In this document: piece by piece, positions 1 through 8,849 of the stretch
Layout: each line of letters begins with the position of its first letter
How positions within the stretch are numbered: the stretch's first letter is position 1
Assembly (NCBI GenBank): GCA_041497895.1
Contig: JBGQHJ010000091.1
Coordinates: 1 to 20,210, forward strand
Length of the DNA: 20,210 bases
Origin: Candidatus Methylomirabilia bacterium
GTDB lineage: Bacteria > Methylomirabilota > Methylomirabilia > Rokubacteriales > CSP1-6
Reading direction: 5' to 3'
Made by a program: the position numbers and the translations under genes
The notes under the pieces: generated by a model
Told to the model about the DNA's origin: nothing
The model's input: only the letters and a program-made list of their open reading frames with translations
Databases searched by the model: none

Positions 1-1610
1 GCCTGGGCCAGGGCGGGCGCGTCGTTGGTGCCGTCGCCCGTCATGGCCACGAGCCGGCCCTGCGCCTGGGTATCGCGGATCAGCTTCAGCTTGGCCTCCG
101 GCGTGGCCTCGGCCAGGAAGTCGTCTACCCCCGCCTCCGCGCTGATGGCCGCCGCGGTGAGCGGGTTGTCGCCGGTGATCATGATGGTCCTGATGCCCAT
201 CCGGCGGAGCTGGGCGAAGCGCTCGCGGATACCACCCTTGACGATGTCCTTGAGCTGGATGGCGCCGAGCACCTTGGGCCCGTCGGCCACCACCAGCGGC
301 GTGGCGCCGCTCTTGGCGATGGTGTCCACCGTCGTGCGGATCTCCGCCGGAACGGTGCCGCCCAGGCTCTTGACGTGGGCCTCGATGGCGTCCGGCGCGC
401 CCTTGCGAACCTGCCGATTGTTCAGATTGACGCCGCTCATCCGGGTCTGCGCGGTGAAGGCCACGAAGGTCGCGCCGAGCTTCTCGATGTCACGCTCGCG
501 GATCTGGTACTTCTCCTTGGCCAGGACCACGATGCTCCGGCCCTCCGGGGTTTCGTCCGCCAGCGACGCCAGCTGGGCCGCGTCCGCCAGCACTGCCTCG
601 CTGACCCCGGCGGCCGGCAGGAACGCGGTCGCCTGCCGATTGCCCAGCGTGATCGTGCCGGTCTTGTCGAGCAAGAGGACGTCCACGTCGCCGGCGGCCT
701 CGACGGCGCGCCCGGACATCGCGATGACATTCTTCTGGATCATCCGGTCCATGCCCGCGATGCCGATCGCGGACAGGAGCGCCCCGATCGTGGTCGGGAT
801 CAGGCACACGAGCAGCGCCACCAGGACCGTGACGGTGATCGGGGTGCCCTGGCCCGCCGCCCCGACGCTGTAGAGCGAGAACGGCAGCAGGGTGGCGGTG
901 GCGAGCAGGAAGACGATGGTGAGCCCGGCGAGCAGGATGTCGAGCGCGATCTCGTTCGGGGTCTTCTGGCGCTTGGCCCCCTCGACGAGGGCGATCATCC
1001 GATCCAGGAAGGCCTCGCCCGGATTGGCGGTGACTTCCACGACGATCCAGTCCGAGAGCACCTGGGTGCCGCCGGTGACCGAGCTCCGGTCTCCGCCGGC
1101 CTCGCGGATCACCGGCGCGCTCTCTCCGGTGATCGCCGCCTCGTTCACGGAGGCGACCCCCTCGACGATCGTCCCGTCGGCCGGGATGAAGTCGTTGGCC
1201 TCGACCAGCACGACCTCGCCCTTCCGCAGGCTCGAGGCCGCTACCATCTGGAAATCACGCTTCGGCCCCGGCCTCTGGAGCCGCTTCGCCTGCAGGTCCC
1301 GGCGGGACTTGCGCAGGGAGGCCGCCTGGGCCTTGCCCCGCCCTTCGGCCATCGCCTCCGCGAAGTTGGCGAAGAGCACGGTGAACCAGAGCCAGACCGA
1401 GACCCAGAAGATGAACCAGCCCGGCGCTTCCCCCTTCCCGACCAGCGCCTGTATCCACAAGAGGCTCGTCAGGATCGAGCCGATGTACACCACGAACATG
1501 ACCGGGTTCCGCACCTGACGTCGGAACGTCAGCTTGCGGAAGGAATCGACGATCGCCTGCTTGACGATCGGCAGGTCGAAGAGCGAGCGGGCCGTCACGG
1601 TGCTGGCCAT
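1..1610 (-). CDS. kdpB: Potassium-transporting P-type ATPase subunit B (3' end runs off the window)
   Basis: Missing from the ORF track because there is no stop in the window. Manual translation from ATG 1610 gives [27 protein letters not shown]...RNPVMFVV, with [17 protein letters not shown] (654-668), [10 protein letters not shown] and [22 protein letters not shown] upstream; directly follows kdpA. Confidence 0.98.
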   Translation of the reverse strand, partial: MASTVTARSLFDLPIVKQAIVDSFRKLTFRRQVRNPVMFVVYIGSILTSLLWIQALVGKGEAPGWFIFWVSVWLWFTVLFANFAEAMAEGRGKAQAASLRKSRRDLQAKRLQRPGPKRDFQMVAASSLRKGEVVLVEANDFIPADGTIVEGVASVNEAAITGESAPVIREAGGDRSSVTGGTQVLSDWIVVEVTANPGEAFLDRMIALVEGAKRQKTPNEIALDILLAGLTIVFLLATATLLPFSLYSVGAAGQGTPITVTVLVALLVCLIPTTIGALLSAIGIAGMDRMIQKNVIAMSGRAVEAAGDVDVLLLDKTGTITLGNRQATAFLPAAGVSEAVLADAAQLASLADETPEGRSIVVLAKEKYQIRERDIEKLGATFVAFTAQTRMSGVNLNNRQVRKGAPDAIEAHVKSLGGTVPAEIRTTVDTIAKSGATPLVVADGPKVLGAIQLKDIVKGGIRERFAQLRRMGIRTIMITGDNPLTAAAISAEAGVDDFLAEATPEAKLKLIRDTQAQGRLVAMTGDGTNDAPALAQ

Positions 1611-1622
1611 GGGTTCAATCCT

Positions 1623-3428
1623 TCACTTGGCGGCGATCATGGTGAGATGCTCGACGATCGGCCCGAGAGCGAGCGCGGGGACGTAGGTCAGCGCTCCCAC
1701 CAGGATGACCACGCCGATGAGCAGGACCACGAAGAGCGGGGTGTGGGTCGGGAGCGTGCCGGATCCGGTCGGGACGATCTTCTTCCGGGCCAGCGAGCCG
1801 GCGATGGCGAGCACGGGGACCGCGAGCCAGTACCGCCCGAAGAGCATGGCCAGGCCGAGCGCGGTGTTGTAGAAGGGCGTGTTGGCGCTCAGGCCGGCGA
1901 AGGCGCTGCCGTTGTTATTGGACGCCGAGGAGAAGGCGTAGAGCACCTCGCTGAACCCGTGGATACCGGGGTTGGCCATGCCGGCTTTCCCCGCCGCGGT
2001 CACCACCCCGATCGACGTGCCGATCAGCACGAGCGCGGGCGTGATCAGGATGACGAGGGACGACATCTTCATCTCGTACGCCTCGATCTTCTTGCCGAGG
2101 TACTCGGGCGTGCGCCCGACCATCAGCCCCGCCACGAAGACGGCAACGATCGCGAACATCAGCATGCCGTAGAGCCCCGAGCCCACCCCGCCGTACACGA
2201 CCTCGCCGAGCTGTATATTCCACATCGGCACGAGCCCCCCGATGGGGGTGAAGGAGTCGTGCATCGAGTTGACGGAGCCGTTGGAGGCGACCGTGGTGGT
2301 CGTGGCCCAGAGGGCGGAGTTGACGATGCCGAAGCGGACCTCCTTGCCTTCCATGTTGCCGCCCGCCTGGAGCGCGCCGGCGGCATGGTCTGCCCCCTGC
2401 TTCGTGAAGACCGCGCCGTATTGCTCCGCCACCGTGCAGACCGCGAGCATGCCGACCAGGATCACCGTCATGGCCGCCAGCACCGCCCAGCCCTGGCGCG
2501 TATCTTTCACCATGACGCCGAACGTGTAGCAGAGCGCCCCCGAGATCACCAGGATGGCCAGCACCTCGAGGAAGTTCGATAGCGGGGTCGCGTTCTCGAA
2601 CGGATGCGCCGAGTTGACGTTGAAGAAGCCGCCTCCGTTGGTGCCGAGCTGCTTGATGGCGATCTGGGAGGCGGCCGGGCCCACCGCGATGACCTGCTCG
2701 GTGAGCTTGGACTTCTTGGTCGTGGGCTGCCCCTTCGCGTCGAGCACGGGCTTGCCGTCCTTGTCGGTCACCGGCTCGTCGTACTCGCTCGGCTGGACCA
2801 CCGTCGCCTTGGGATATGCGCTGAACGTCTGAACCACGCCCTGGGACACGAGGGCCAGCGCCAAGATCACGGATAGCGGCAGCAGGATGTAGAGCGTCGT
2901 CCGGGTCAGATCGACCCAGAAGTTGCCGATGGTCTCGACCGAGCGGCGCGCGAAGCCGCGGATCAGCGCGACCAGCGTCGCCATCCCGGACGCCGCGGAG
3001 ACGAAGTTCTGCGTCGTCAAGGCGAGCATCTGGGTCAGGTAGCTCATGGTGGACTCGCCGCCATAGCCCTGCCAGTTCGTGTTCGTGGCGAAGCTCACCG
3101 CGGTGTTGAACGACGAATCGGGTGAAACAGCCGCCATACCCTGCGGGTTCAGCGGCAGCCCCGCCTGTGCCCGCTGGAGGAAATAGACGGCGAGCACACT
3201 CAGGAGGTTGAACGCGAGCATCGCCAGCGCGTAGCCCTTCCAGCCCATCTCCTCGCTGGGCCGGATTCCGCCCGCGCGGTAGATCAGGCGCTCGAGCCAG
3301 CCGAGGACGCGGTCCAGCGCGAGCCGTTGCCCTTCGTACACCCGCGCCATGTAGGCCCCGAGCGGCTTGGCCAGGGCGAGCAGCACCACCATGTAGATAA
3401 CGAGCTGAAAGATGCCGTTCGTAGTCAT
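1623..3428 (-). CDS. kdpA: Potassium-transporting ATPase potassium-binding subunit A
   Basis: 601-aa hydrophobic ORF with KdpA selectivity-filter motifs TNTNWQGY, KQLGTNGGGFF, SNGSVN and NNGSAFAGL, plus GRTPEYLGKKIE. Confidence 0.98.
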   Translation of the reverse strand: MTTNGIFQLVIYMVVLLALAKPLGAYMARVYEGQRLALDRVLGWLERLIYRAGGIRPSEEMGWKGYALAMLAFNLLSVLAVYFLQRAQAGLPLNPQGMAAVSPDSSFNTAVSFATNTNWQGYGGESTMSYLTQMLALTTQNFVSAASGMATLVALIRGFARRSVETIGNFWVDLTRTTLYILLPLSVILALALVSQGVVQTFSAYPKATVVQPSEYDEPVTDKDGKPVLDAKGQPTTKKSKLTEQVIAVGPAASQIAIKQLGTNGGGFFNVNSAHPFENATPLSNFLEVLAILVISGALCYTFGVMVKDTRQGWAVLAAMTVILVGMLAVCTVAEQYGAVFTKQGADHAAGALQAGGNMEGKEVRFGIVNSALWATTTTVASNGSVNSMHDSFTPIGGLVPMWNIQLGEVVYGGVGSGLYGMLMFAIVAVFVAGLMVGRTPEYLGKKIEAYEMKMSSLVILITPALVLIGTSIGVVTAAGKAGMANPGIHGFSEVLYAFSSASNNNGSAFAGLSANTPFYNTALGLAMLFGRYWLAVPVLAIAGSLARKKIVPTGSGTLPTHTPLFVVLLIGVVILVGALTYVPALALGPIVEHLTMIAAK

Positions 3429-3517
3429 TGAAAGAGCTCCGGCTTCAGCAGGGCCAGCACCAGGTAGACCAGCAGACCCACGGACACCACCGCGCCGACG
3501 ACATAGAGCAAGGGCAT
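3425..3517 (-). CDS. kdpF: KdpF small subunit (30 aa)
   Basis: MPLLYVVGAVVSVGLLVYLVLALLKPELFQ matches the KdpF YLxxALLxPExF signature. GGAGG SD; its TGA overlaps the kdpA ATG (ATGA). Confidence 0.93.
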   Translation of the reverse strand: MPLLYVVGAVVSVGLLVYLVLALLKPELFQ

Positions 3518-3526
3518 GGATGCCTC

Positions 3527-3610
3527 CTACAGTCGCTCACAGAGCCGGACGAGGAGCCACGACAACCAGAAGAATGCGACGGTCACGCCGAGGTACAGGA
3601 TGTCTGCCAT
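3527..3610 (-). CDS. 27-aa single-TM peptide upstream of kdpF (KdpZ-like)
   Basis: MADILYLGVTVAFFWLSWLLVRLCERL*. AAGGAG SD at a normal spacing; its TAG overlaps the kdpF SD (TAGGAGG). Confidence 0.75.
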   Translation of the reverse strand: MADILYLGVTVAFFWLSWLLVRLCERL

Positions 3611-3650
3611 CACCGGTCTCCTTCTCACCTGCTTTGTCCACCAACCGTGA

Positions 3651-3717
3651 ATCCTAGCCGGGCCCCGGTCAGGGCCGCCTTAAGAAGGGCCCGCTCCATA
3701 TCAAGAAGACGTCAAGA
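3651..3717 (-). promoter_or_regulatory. Putative kdp promoter: -10 TAGGAT (3651-3656) with upstream direct repeat TCTTGAC-GTCT-TCTTGAT (candidate KdpE site, 3700-3717)
   Basis: TCTTGA repeated at an 11-bp period about 57-73 nt upstream of the inferred start site, a third half-site TCTTAA at 3680-3685, and no good -35. This fits an OmpR-family activator-dependent promoter. Confidence 0.6.
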
Positions 3718-3885
3718 CCGATCATTCGCGCTGCCCCGGGCGCTCACGCACCACCCGTGCCAAGTCAACTCCACCATGTGGACGGCGGGTTGGCGATCGA
3801 GCCTCTGGCGCCCGGGCGGCCTCCTCCCAGGGGCGATGCCACACCTGTCCCTTGGACGCCGCACCCACGGGTGTGGTGTTCCGGG

Positions 3886-4719
3886 CTACGCGCCGATGAA
3901 GGCGGGGACGGGGCACGCGCGCAGGACGGCGCGCGTGACGGAGGTGCCGAAGAGATCGCGCAGCGGATGGTAGCCATGGGCGCCCATCACGAGCAAGCGG
4001 GGGCGCGCCTGCTGGATCTCCTCGAGCAGGACTTCGGCCGGTGGTGTGGTCGAGACGATGGGGTGAAGCCGGTGGGGAGCCCCGTGGGCGGTCAGGTATT
4101 CGCCGGCCAGGCGGGTCAGCGCTGCCGCCTCGGCGGCCTCGCGGTGGATGCTCACGACCTCGACGGTCTCGCCCGCGGCGAGCCCGAGGAGCTGGAACGT
4201 CTGCAACGTGCGTGCGGCCTCGCGCCCGCCCCCGTAGGCCAGGACGATGCCCTGCCCCTCCGGGAGCTCGCGCGGAACGACCACCACGGGTCGAGGACTG
4301 CCACGCAGGACCTGGGCGAGCGTCTCGTCGGGCTCTTCCTGGGTCTCGAAGTGGAAATGCGTCTCCCGGGCGAGGATGACCAGGTCGCAGCGCTGTGCCT
4401 CTCGCAGGATACGAGCGGCGGGGTCGCCGATGTCCTCGATCACCTCGGCCGCGACGCCGGCCGCATCGCTGCGGGCCTGAAAGTCGGCGAGGAATTCCAC
4501 CACCCGACGGTGCGCCTCGACCAGCCGGGCCTCGTCGCGCGCCTTCTTGTAGGCGGCGGCCCCGAGGGGTACCGGCTCCGCCCCTCTGATGGAGGGCGAG
4601 TCGAGGACCCCGAGACCGAGCAACCGGGCACCGTACCGGCCGGCCCAGTCGATGGCGAGGGCGGCCGCCGGCTCACTGTACGCGGAGCCGTCGAGCGCAA
4701 CGAGCACCGATCGGAGCAT
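3886..4719 (-). CDS. Tandem universal stress protein (two USP domains)
   Basis: Start reassigned to ATG 4719 (AGGGGG SD): MLRSVLVALDGSAYSEPA...; GDPAARIL...DLVIL; second domain IVLAYGGG...LLVMGAHGYHPLRDLFGTSVTRAVLRACPVPAFI. Confidence 0.9.
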   Translation of the reverse strand: MLRSVLVALDGSAYSEPAAALAIDWAGRYGARLLGLGVLDSPSIRGAEPVPLGAAAYKKARDEARLVEAHRRVVEFLADFQARSDAAGVAAEVIEDIGDPAARILREAQRCDLVILARETHFHFETQEEPDETLAQVLRGSPRPVVVVPRELPEGQGIVLAYGGGREAARTLQTFQLLGLAAGETVEVVSIHREAAEAAALTRLAGEYLTAHGAPHRLHPIVSTTPPAEVLLEEIQQARPRLLVMGAHGYHPLRDLFGTSVTRAVLRACPVPAFIGA

Positions 4720-4760
4720 GGCGTGGGCCCCCCTGCCGGAAAGGCTAGCCGAACTCACGG

Positions 4761-4831
4761 TCAAGACGCCATCAAGAATCATCTTGATCGTTCGTTGAGC
4801 CCTCACGGCCCCGCTTTGACGCCGCCTTGAT
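4761..4831. promoter_or_regulatory. Cluster of TTGA 11-bp-period direct repeats in both orientations between the divergent USP and CBS-BON genes
   Basis: TCAAGA at 4761 and 4772 (minus-oriented); TTGA at 4784/4795 and 4816/4827 (plus-oriented). Same motif as upstream of kdp. Confidence 0.55.
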
Positions 4832-4868
4832 GGGCTCCGGCCATCTACTGAAGCGGGAGGGACCAGCG

Positions 4869-5612
4869 ATGCTAGCACTCCAGAGGGCTCCAATTCGTCG
4901 AACCGGCTTCGATCAGTCGTCGGAGGCGACCGTCGCCGACGTCATGGCGGCCGACGTGACGGTCATCTCGCCCGAGACCCCGCTCCACACCGCGGCTCGT
5001 CTCCTGCTCGCTCAGGGGCTCCCGGCTCTTCCGGTCGTCGATTCCACGGGCTGCGTCGTCGGCGTGCTGAGCGAGCACGATGTCACGGAGCGCCTGGCTC
5101 CTCGACGGGGCCGGCCGTGGTGGCATCTCCTCGTGGATGCCGAGCAGCTCGCCCGGGAGTACCGGAAGGCCACCGGCCTCACCGTGGAAGAGGTGATGAC
5201 GCATCCCGCCGTCACGGTGAGCCCCGGCGCGTCCCTGGCCGCCGCCGTCCGTCTGTTCGACGACCCGGCGGTCGACCTGGTTCCGGTCGTCCTGGCGGGT
5301 CGCCTCGTGGGCGCGCTCGGCCGTCGGCATCTCGTGGAGCAGCTTTCGACCGTCCCGGCCTCCGCGACTCGGCGCGCCGACGCAGAGCTCGTCGCCGAGA
5401 TGCAGGACCGCATGGCGCAGGAAGCGTGGATCTCCAAGCCGTATCCGACGGTGGAAGCGCGCGACGGGGTCGTGGCGCTCTGGGGACTCGTGGGCGGCGA
5501 CGCGGAGAAGGCCGCGCTGGCAAGCATGGCCCGCTCGATTCCAGGCGGCAAGGGGGTCACGGATCGTCTGATCACGAGAGACGTCATCTACCGGTATCAC
5601 GAGACGATCTGA
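4869..5612 (+). CDS. CBS-pair protein with C-terminal BON domain
   Basis: ATG 4869 after GGGAGGG. Two CBS repeats (VADVM...LPVVD...VVGVLSEHD; VEEVMT...VPVV...LVGAL) with an RPWW linker, then BON-like DAEL...VEARDGVVALWGLV...EKAAL...IPG..GVTDRL. Confidence 0.85.
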   Translation: MLALQRAPIRRTGFDQSSEATVADVMAADVTVISPETPLHTAARLLLAQGLPALPVVDSTGCVVGVLSEHDVTERLAPRRGRPWWHLLVDAEQLAREYRKATGLTVEEVMTHPAVTVSPGASLAAAVRLFDDPAVDLVPVVLAGRLVGALGRRHLVEQLSTVPASATRRADAELVAEMQDRMAQEAWISKPYPTVEARDGVVALWGLVGGDAEKAALASMARSIPGGKGVTDRLITRDVIYRYHETI

Positions 5613-5619
5613 GTGACCC

Positions 5620-6081
5620 ATGCTCCCGATCGTCGAGCTGATGCGACACGAGATCGCGGTGGTCCCTCCGGACGCTCCGGTCCGCCGGGTCATCGAGGTC
5701 ATGGTGGACACCGGGGTCGAAGGGGTGCTGGTGGTCGACGAACGCGGACGCGTGATCGGGTCCGTTGGCGACGACCAGCTGGTCGCGGGGCTCCACGCGA
5801 GCCGGAGCCGGTCGTGGTGGGGTCAAATCGCGGCGGATGACGGGGGGGCCCGAGCGGAGGAGCGGCTGTCGAGCCTGCCTGCGGCGGCAGTTATGCTACG
5901 GCGCGTGGTCCCGGTCGATCCGGCCACACCGGCGCGATCGGCCATGCGGTTGTTCGACGAGTACGGGGTGAACGTCATGCCGGTGGTCGAGGGCGGAATC
6001 CTGGTCGGGACGGTCTTCCGCGGCGATCTCATCAAGCGCCTGCTCCTCCCCTACGCGTTCAAGCGCTCCGTGGACAAGTAG
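5620..6081 (+). CDS. CBS-pair protein
   Basis: IVELMRHE...VLVVDERGRVIGSV...RSWW...VMLRRVV...MPVVEGGILVGTVFRGDLIK; starts 7 nt after the CBS-BON gene. Confidence 0.85.
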   Translation: MLPIVELMRHEIAVVPPDAPVRRVIEVMVDTGVEGVLVVDERGRVIGSVGDDQLVAGLHASRSRSWWGQIAADDGGARAEERLSSLPAAAVMLRRVVPVDPATPARSAMRLFDEYGVNVMPVVEGGILVGTVFRGDLIKRLLLPYAFKRSVDK

Positions 6082-6134
6082 ACCGTCAGTTGAACAGCGC
6101 GCTCGTTCCGTCGTAGGCTGGCGCCGGGCCGATC

Positions 6135-8849
6135 ATGAGCATCGAGCGTCGCCCGGATCCGGACGAGCTGCTGGCCCGCGTCAAGGAGGCGGAGACTCGC
6201 CAGGGACGCGGCAAGCTCAAGATCTTCTTCGGCGCCGCCGCCGGGGTCGGCAAGACCTACGCGATGCTGGAGGCGGCCCGCGAGCAGCGCGCCCAGGGCG
6301 TGGACGTGGTGGTGGGCTGGGTCGAGACCCACGGGCGCGTCGAGACCGAGGCCCTGCTGGGCGACCTCGAGATCCTTCCTCGACGGCCGGTGGAGTATCG
6401 GGGCGCCCGGCTGCAGGAGCTCGATCTGGACGCGGCCCTGGCGCGGCGGCCCGCGCTGATCCTGGTCGACGAGCTGGCCCACACCAACGCCCCCGGCTCG
6501 CGCCACGCCAAGCGCTGGCAGGACGTGGTCGAGCTGCTCGACGCCGGGATCAACGTCTACTCGGCGATGAACGTCCAGCACGTCGAGAGCCTGAACGACG
6601 TGGTGGCCAAGATCACCGGGGTGATCGTGCGGGAGACGGTGCCGGACTCCATCTTCGAGCACACCGACGAGGTGGAGCTGATCGACCTGCCCCCCGACGA
6701 CCTCCTGCAGCGGCTGCGGGACGGCAAGATCTACATCCCGGAGCAGGCGCGCGAGGCGATCGAGAACTTCTTCCGCAAGGGCAACCTGATCGCGCTGCGG
6801 GAGCTGGCCCTCCGGGTGACCGCGCAGCACGTGGACGCGGAGATGCGCCACTACATGCGCGACCACGCGATCCGGCAGACCTGGCCGGTGCGGGAGCGGC
6901 TGCTCGTGTGCATCGGGCCGAGCCCGTCCTCGATCCGCCTGGTGCGGGCGGCCAAGCGCATGGCCGAGGGCCTGGGCGCGGAGTGGATCGTGGCCTACGT
7001 GGAGACCGCGTCGCAGGTGCGCCTGCCCCCCGGGGCGCGAGACCGGGTGGCCCAGACCATGCGGCTCGCCGAGCAGCTCGGCGCCGAGACCCACACCTTG
7101 ACCGGCCAGCGGATGAGCGACGAGATCCTCGCCTTCGCCCGGTCCCGCAACGTGAGCAAGATCGTGGTGGGCAAGCCGGAGCGGCCTCTCTGGAAGCGGA
7201 TCGCGATGGGCTCCATCGTGGACACCCTCGTGCAGGGCAGCGGCGAGATCGACGTCTACGTCATCAGCGGTGACCGGGACGACTCGCGGCCGCTCCCCCC
7301 GCGACCCTGGCCCGCGCAGACGGACTGGCCGTCCTACGGCTATGCGCTGGGTGTCGTCGCGATCTGCACCGGGATCGCGTGGGCGATGTTCCCGTACTTC
7401 GCCTTCTCCAACCTGATCATGGTCTACCTGCTCGGGGTCATCGTGGTGGCGACGCGGTACGGGCGCGGGCCGTCGCTCATGGCCTCGCTCCTGAGCGTGG
7501 GCGCCTTCGACTTCTTCTTCGTACCGCCCTACTACACGTTCGCGGTGTCGGACACCCAGTACTTCGTCACCTTCTCGGTCATGCTGATCGTGGCCGTCGT
7601 CATCAGCGGCCTCGCCACCCGCATCCGGGCCCAGGCCGAGTCCGCCCGGGAGCGCGAGCGCCGGATGGCCGCGCTGTACGCCATGAGCCGCGAGCTCGCC
7701 AGCACCCGCGGCGTGCAGGGCCTGCTCGCGGCGGCGATCCGTCACATCACCGAGGTGTTCCGCACCCGGGTCGCGGTCCTGCTCCCCGGCCCCGACGGGC
7801 GCCTGGGCGGCGGCGGCGCGATCGTCGGCGAGTTCCCGATGGACACGAGCGAGGTGGCGGTCAGCCAGTGGGTGTACGAGCACGGGCAGGTCGCCGGGCA
7901 GGGCACCGACACCCTGCCCGGAGCCGCCGGCCTCTACGTGCCCCTGCTGGGCTCGCGCGGCACGGTGGGCGTGCTGGGGCTCCGGCCGAACGATCCGCGC
8001 TCGCTCCAGACGCCCGAGCAGCTCCACCAGCTCGAGACCTTCGCGAGCCAGACCGCGCTCGCCATCGAGCGGGCGCGCCTTGCCGAGGAGGCCGAGCAGG
8101 CCCAGGTACGCGCCGAGACCGAGCGGCTGCGCAACTCGCTGCTCAGCTCGGTCTCTCACGACCTGCGGACGCCCCTGGCCTCGATCACCGGCGCGGCCAG
8201 CACGCTCATCGACAACGAGGCGCGCCTGGACCCGGCGACCCGGCGCGACCTGCTCGAGGCGCTCCACGAGGAAGCCGACCGGCTGAACCGGCTCGTCCAG
8301 AACCTCCTCGAGATGACGCGGCTCGAGGCGGGCGCGCTCGTGCCCCACACCGCGTGGCACTCTGTCGAGGAGGTGGTGGGGGCAGCGCTCGGGCGCTTCG
8401 GGAAATCGCTCGCGGAGCGGCCGGTGGCCACCCGGATCCCGGCCGAGCTGCCGCTCGTCCCCATGGACGACGTGCTGATCGAGCAGGTGCTGATCAACCT
8501 GATCGACAACGCGATCAAGTACACGCCGCGCGGGACCCCGATCGAGGTGAGCGCGGACGAGACCGCGGGCGCGGTAGTGGTCGAGGTCGCCGACCGCGGG
8601 CCGGGGCTGCCTCCGGGCGAGGAGCGCCTCATCTTCGAGAAGTTCCACCGGACCGACCCTGCGCCGTCGGTGCGGGGCGCCGGGCTCGGCCTGGCCATCT
8701 GCCAGGGGATCATCCAGGCGCACGGCGGACGCATCTGGGCCGAGAATCGCCCCGGCGGCGGGGTCGCCCTGCGCTTCTCGCTGCCGCTGAAGGATGCGCC
8801 GCCCACCCTGTCCGAACCCCCCGCACCGTCCGACACCCATGACGCCTGA
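6135..8849 (+). CDS. kdpD: Sensor histidine kinase KdpD
   Basis: RPDPDELL, Walker A GAAAGVGKT, VDELAHTN, FFRKGNLIALRELAL, USP domain, 4 TM helices, GAF, SHDLRTPL H-box, NAIKY and GAGLGLAIC. Confidence 0.97.
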   Translation: MSIERRPDPDELLARVKEAETRQGRGKLKIFFGAAAGVGKTYAMLEAAREQRAQGVDVVVGWVETHGRVETEALLGDLEILPRRPVEYRGARLQELDLDAALARRPALILVDELAHTNAPGSRHAKRWQDVVELLDAGINVYSAMNVQHVESLNDVVAKITGVIVRETVPDSIFEHTDEVELIDLPPDDLLQRLRDGKIYIPEQAREAIENFFRKGNLIALRELALRVTAQHVDAEMRHYMRDHAIRQTWPVRERLLVCIGPSPSSIRLVRAAKRMAEGLGAEWIVAYVETASQVRLPPGARDRVAQTMRLAEQLGAETHTLTGQRMSDEILAFARSRNVSKIVVGKPERPLWKRIAMGSIVDTLVQGSGEIDVYVISGDRDDSRPLPPRPWPAQTDWPSYGYALGVVAICTGIAWAMFPYFAFSNLIMVYLLGVIVVATRYGRGPSLMASLLSVGAFDFFFVPPYYTFAVSDTQYFVTFSVMLIVAVVISGLATRIRAQAESARERERRMAALYAMSRELASTRGVQGLLAAAIRHITEVFRTRVAVLLPGPDGRLGGGGAIVGEFPMDTSEVAVSQWVYEHGQVAGQGTDTLPGAAGLYVPLLGSRGTVGVLGLRPNDPRSLQTPEQLHQLETFASQTALAIERARLAEEAEQAQVRAETERLRNSLLSSVSHDLRTPLASITGAASTLIDNEARLDPATRRDLLEALHEEADRLNRLVQNLLEMTRLEAGALVPHTAWHSVEEVVGAALGRFGKSLAERPVATRIPAELPLVPMDDVLIEQVLINLIDNAIKYTPRGTPIEVSADETAGAVVVEVADRGPGLPPGEERLIFEKFHRTDPAPSVRGAGLGLAICQGIIQAHGGRIWAENRPGGGVALRFSLPLKDAPPTLSEPPAPSDTHDA

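Noticed and set aside
375..2582. 735-aa plus-strand ORF, and similar long ORFs such as 25-873, 6051-8948 (-), 7379-8842, 13321-14673 (-) and 15384-17270
   Set aside because: Antisense or alternate-frame shadows of well-supported genes, expected in high-GC DNA; no recognisable motifs.
3611..3885. c-di-AMP (ydaO) riboswitch upstream of kdp
   Set aside because: I could not find its conserved elements on the minus strand, and the inferred leader is short.
3722..3916. 64-aa minus-strand ORF after the USP gene
   Set aside because: Overlaps the USP end, has low-complexity Arg/Pro composition and no clear SD.
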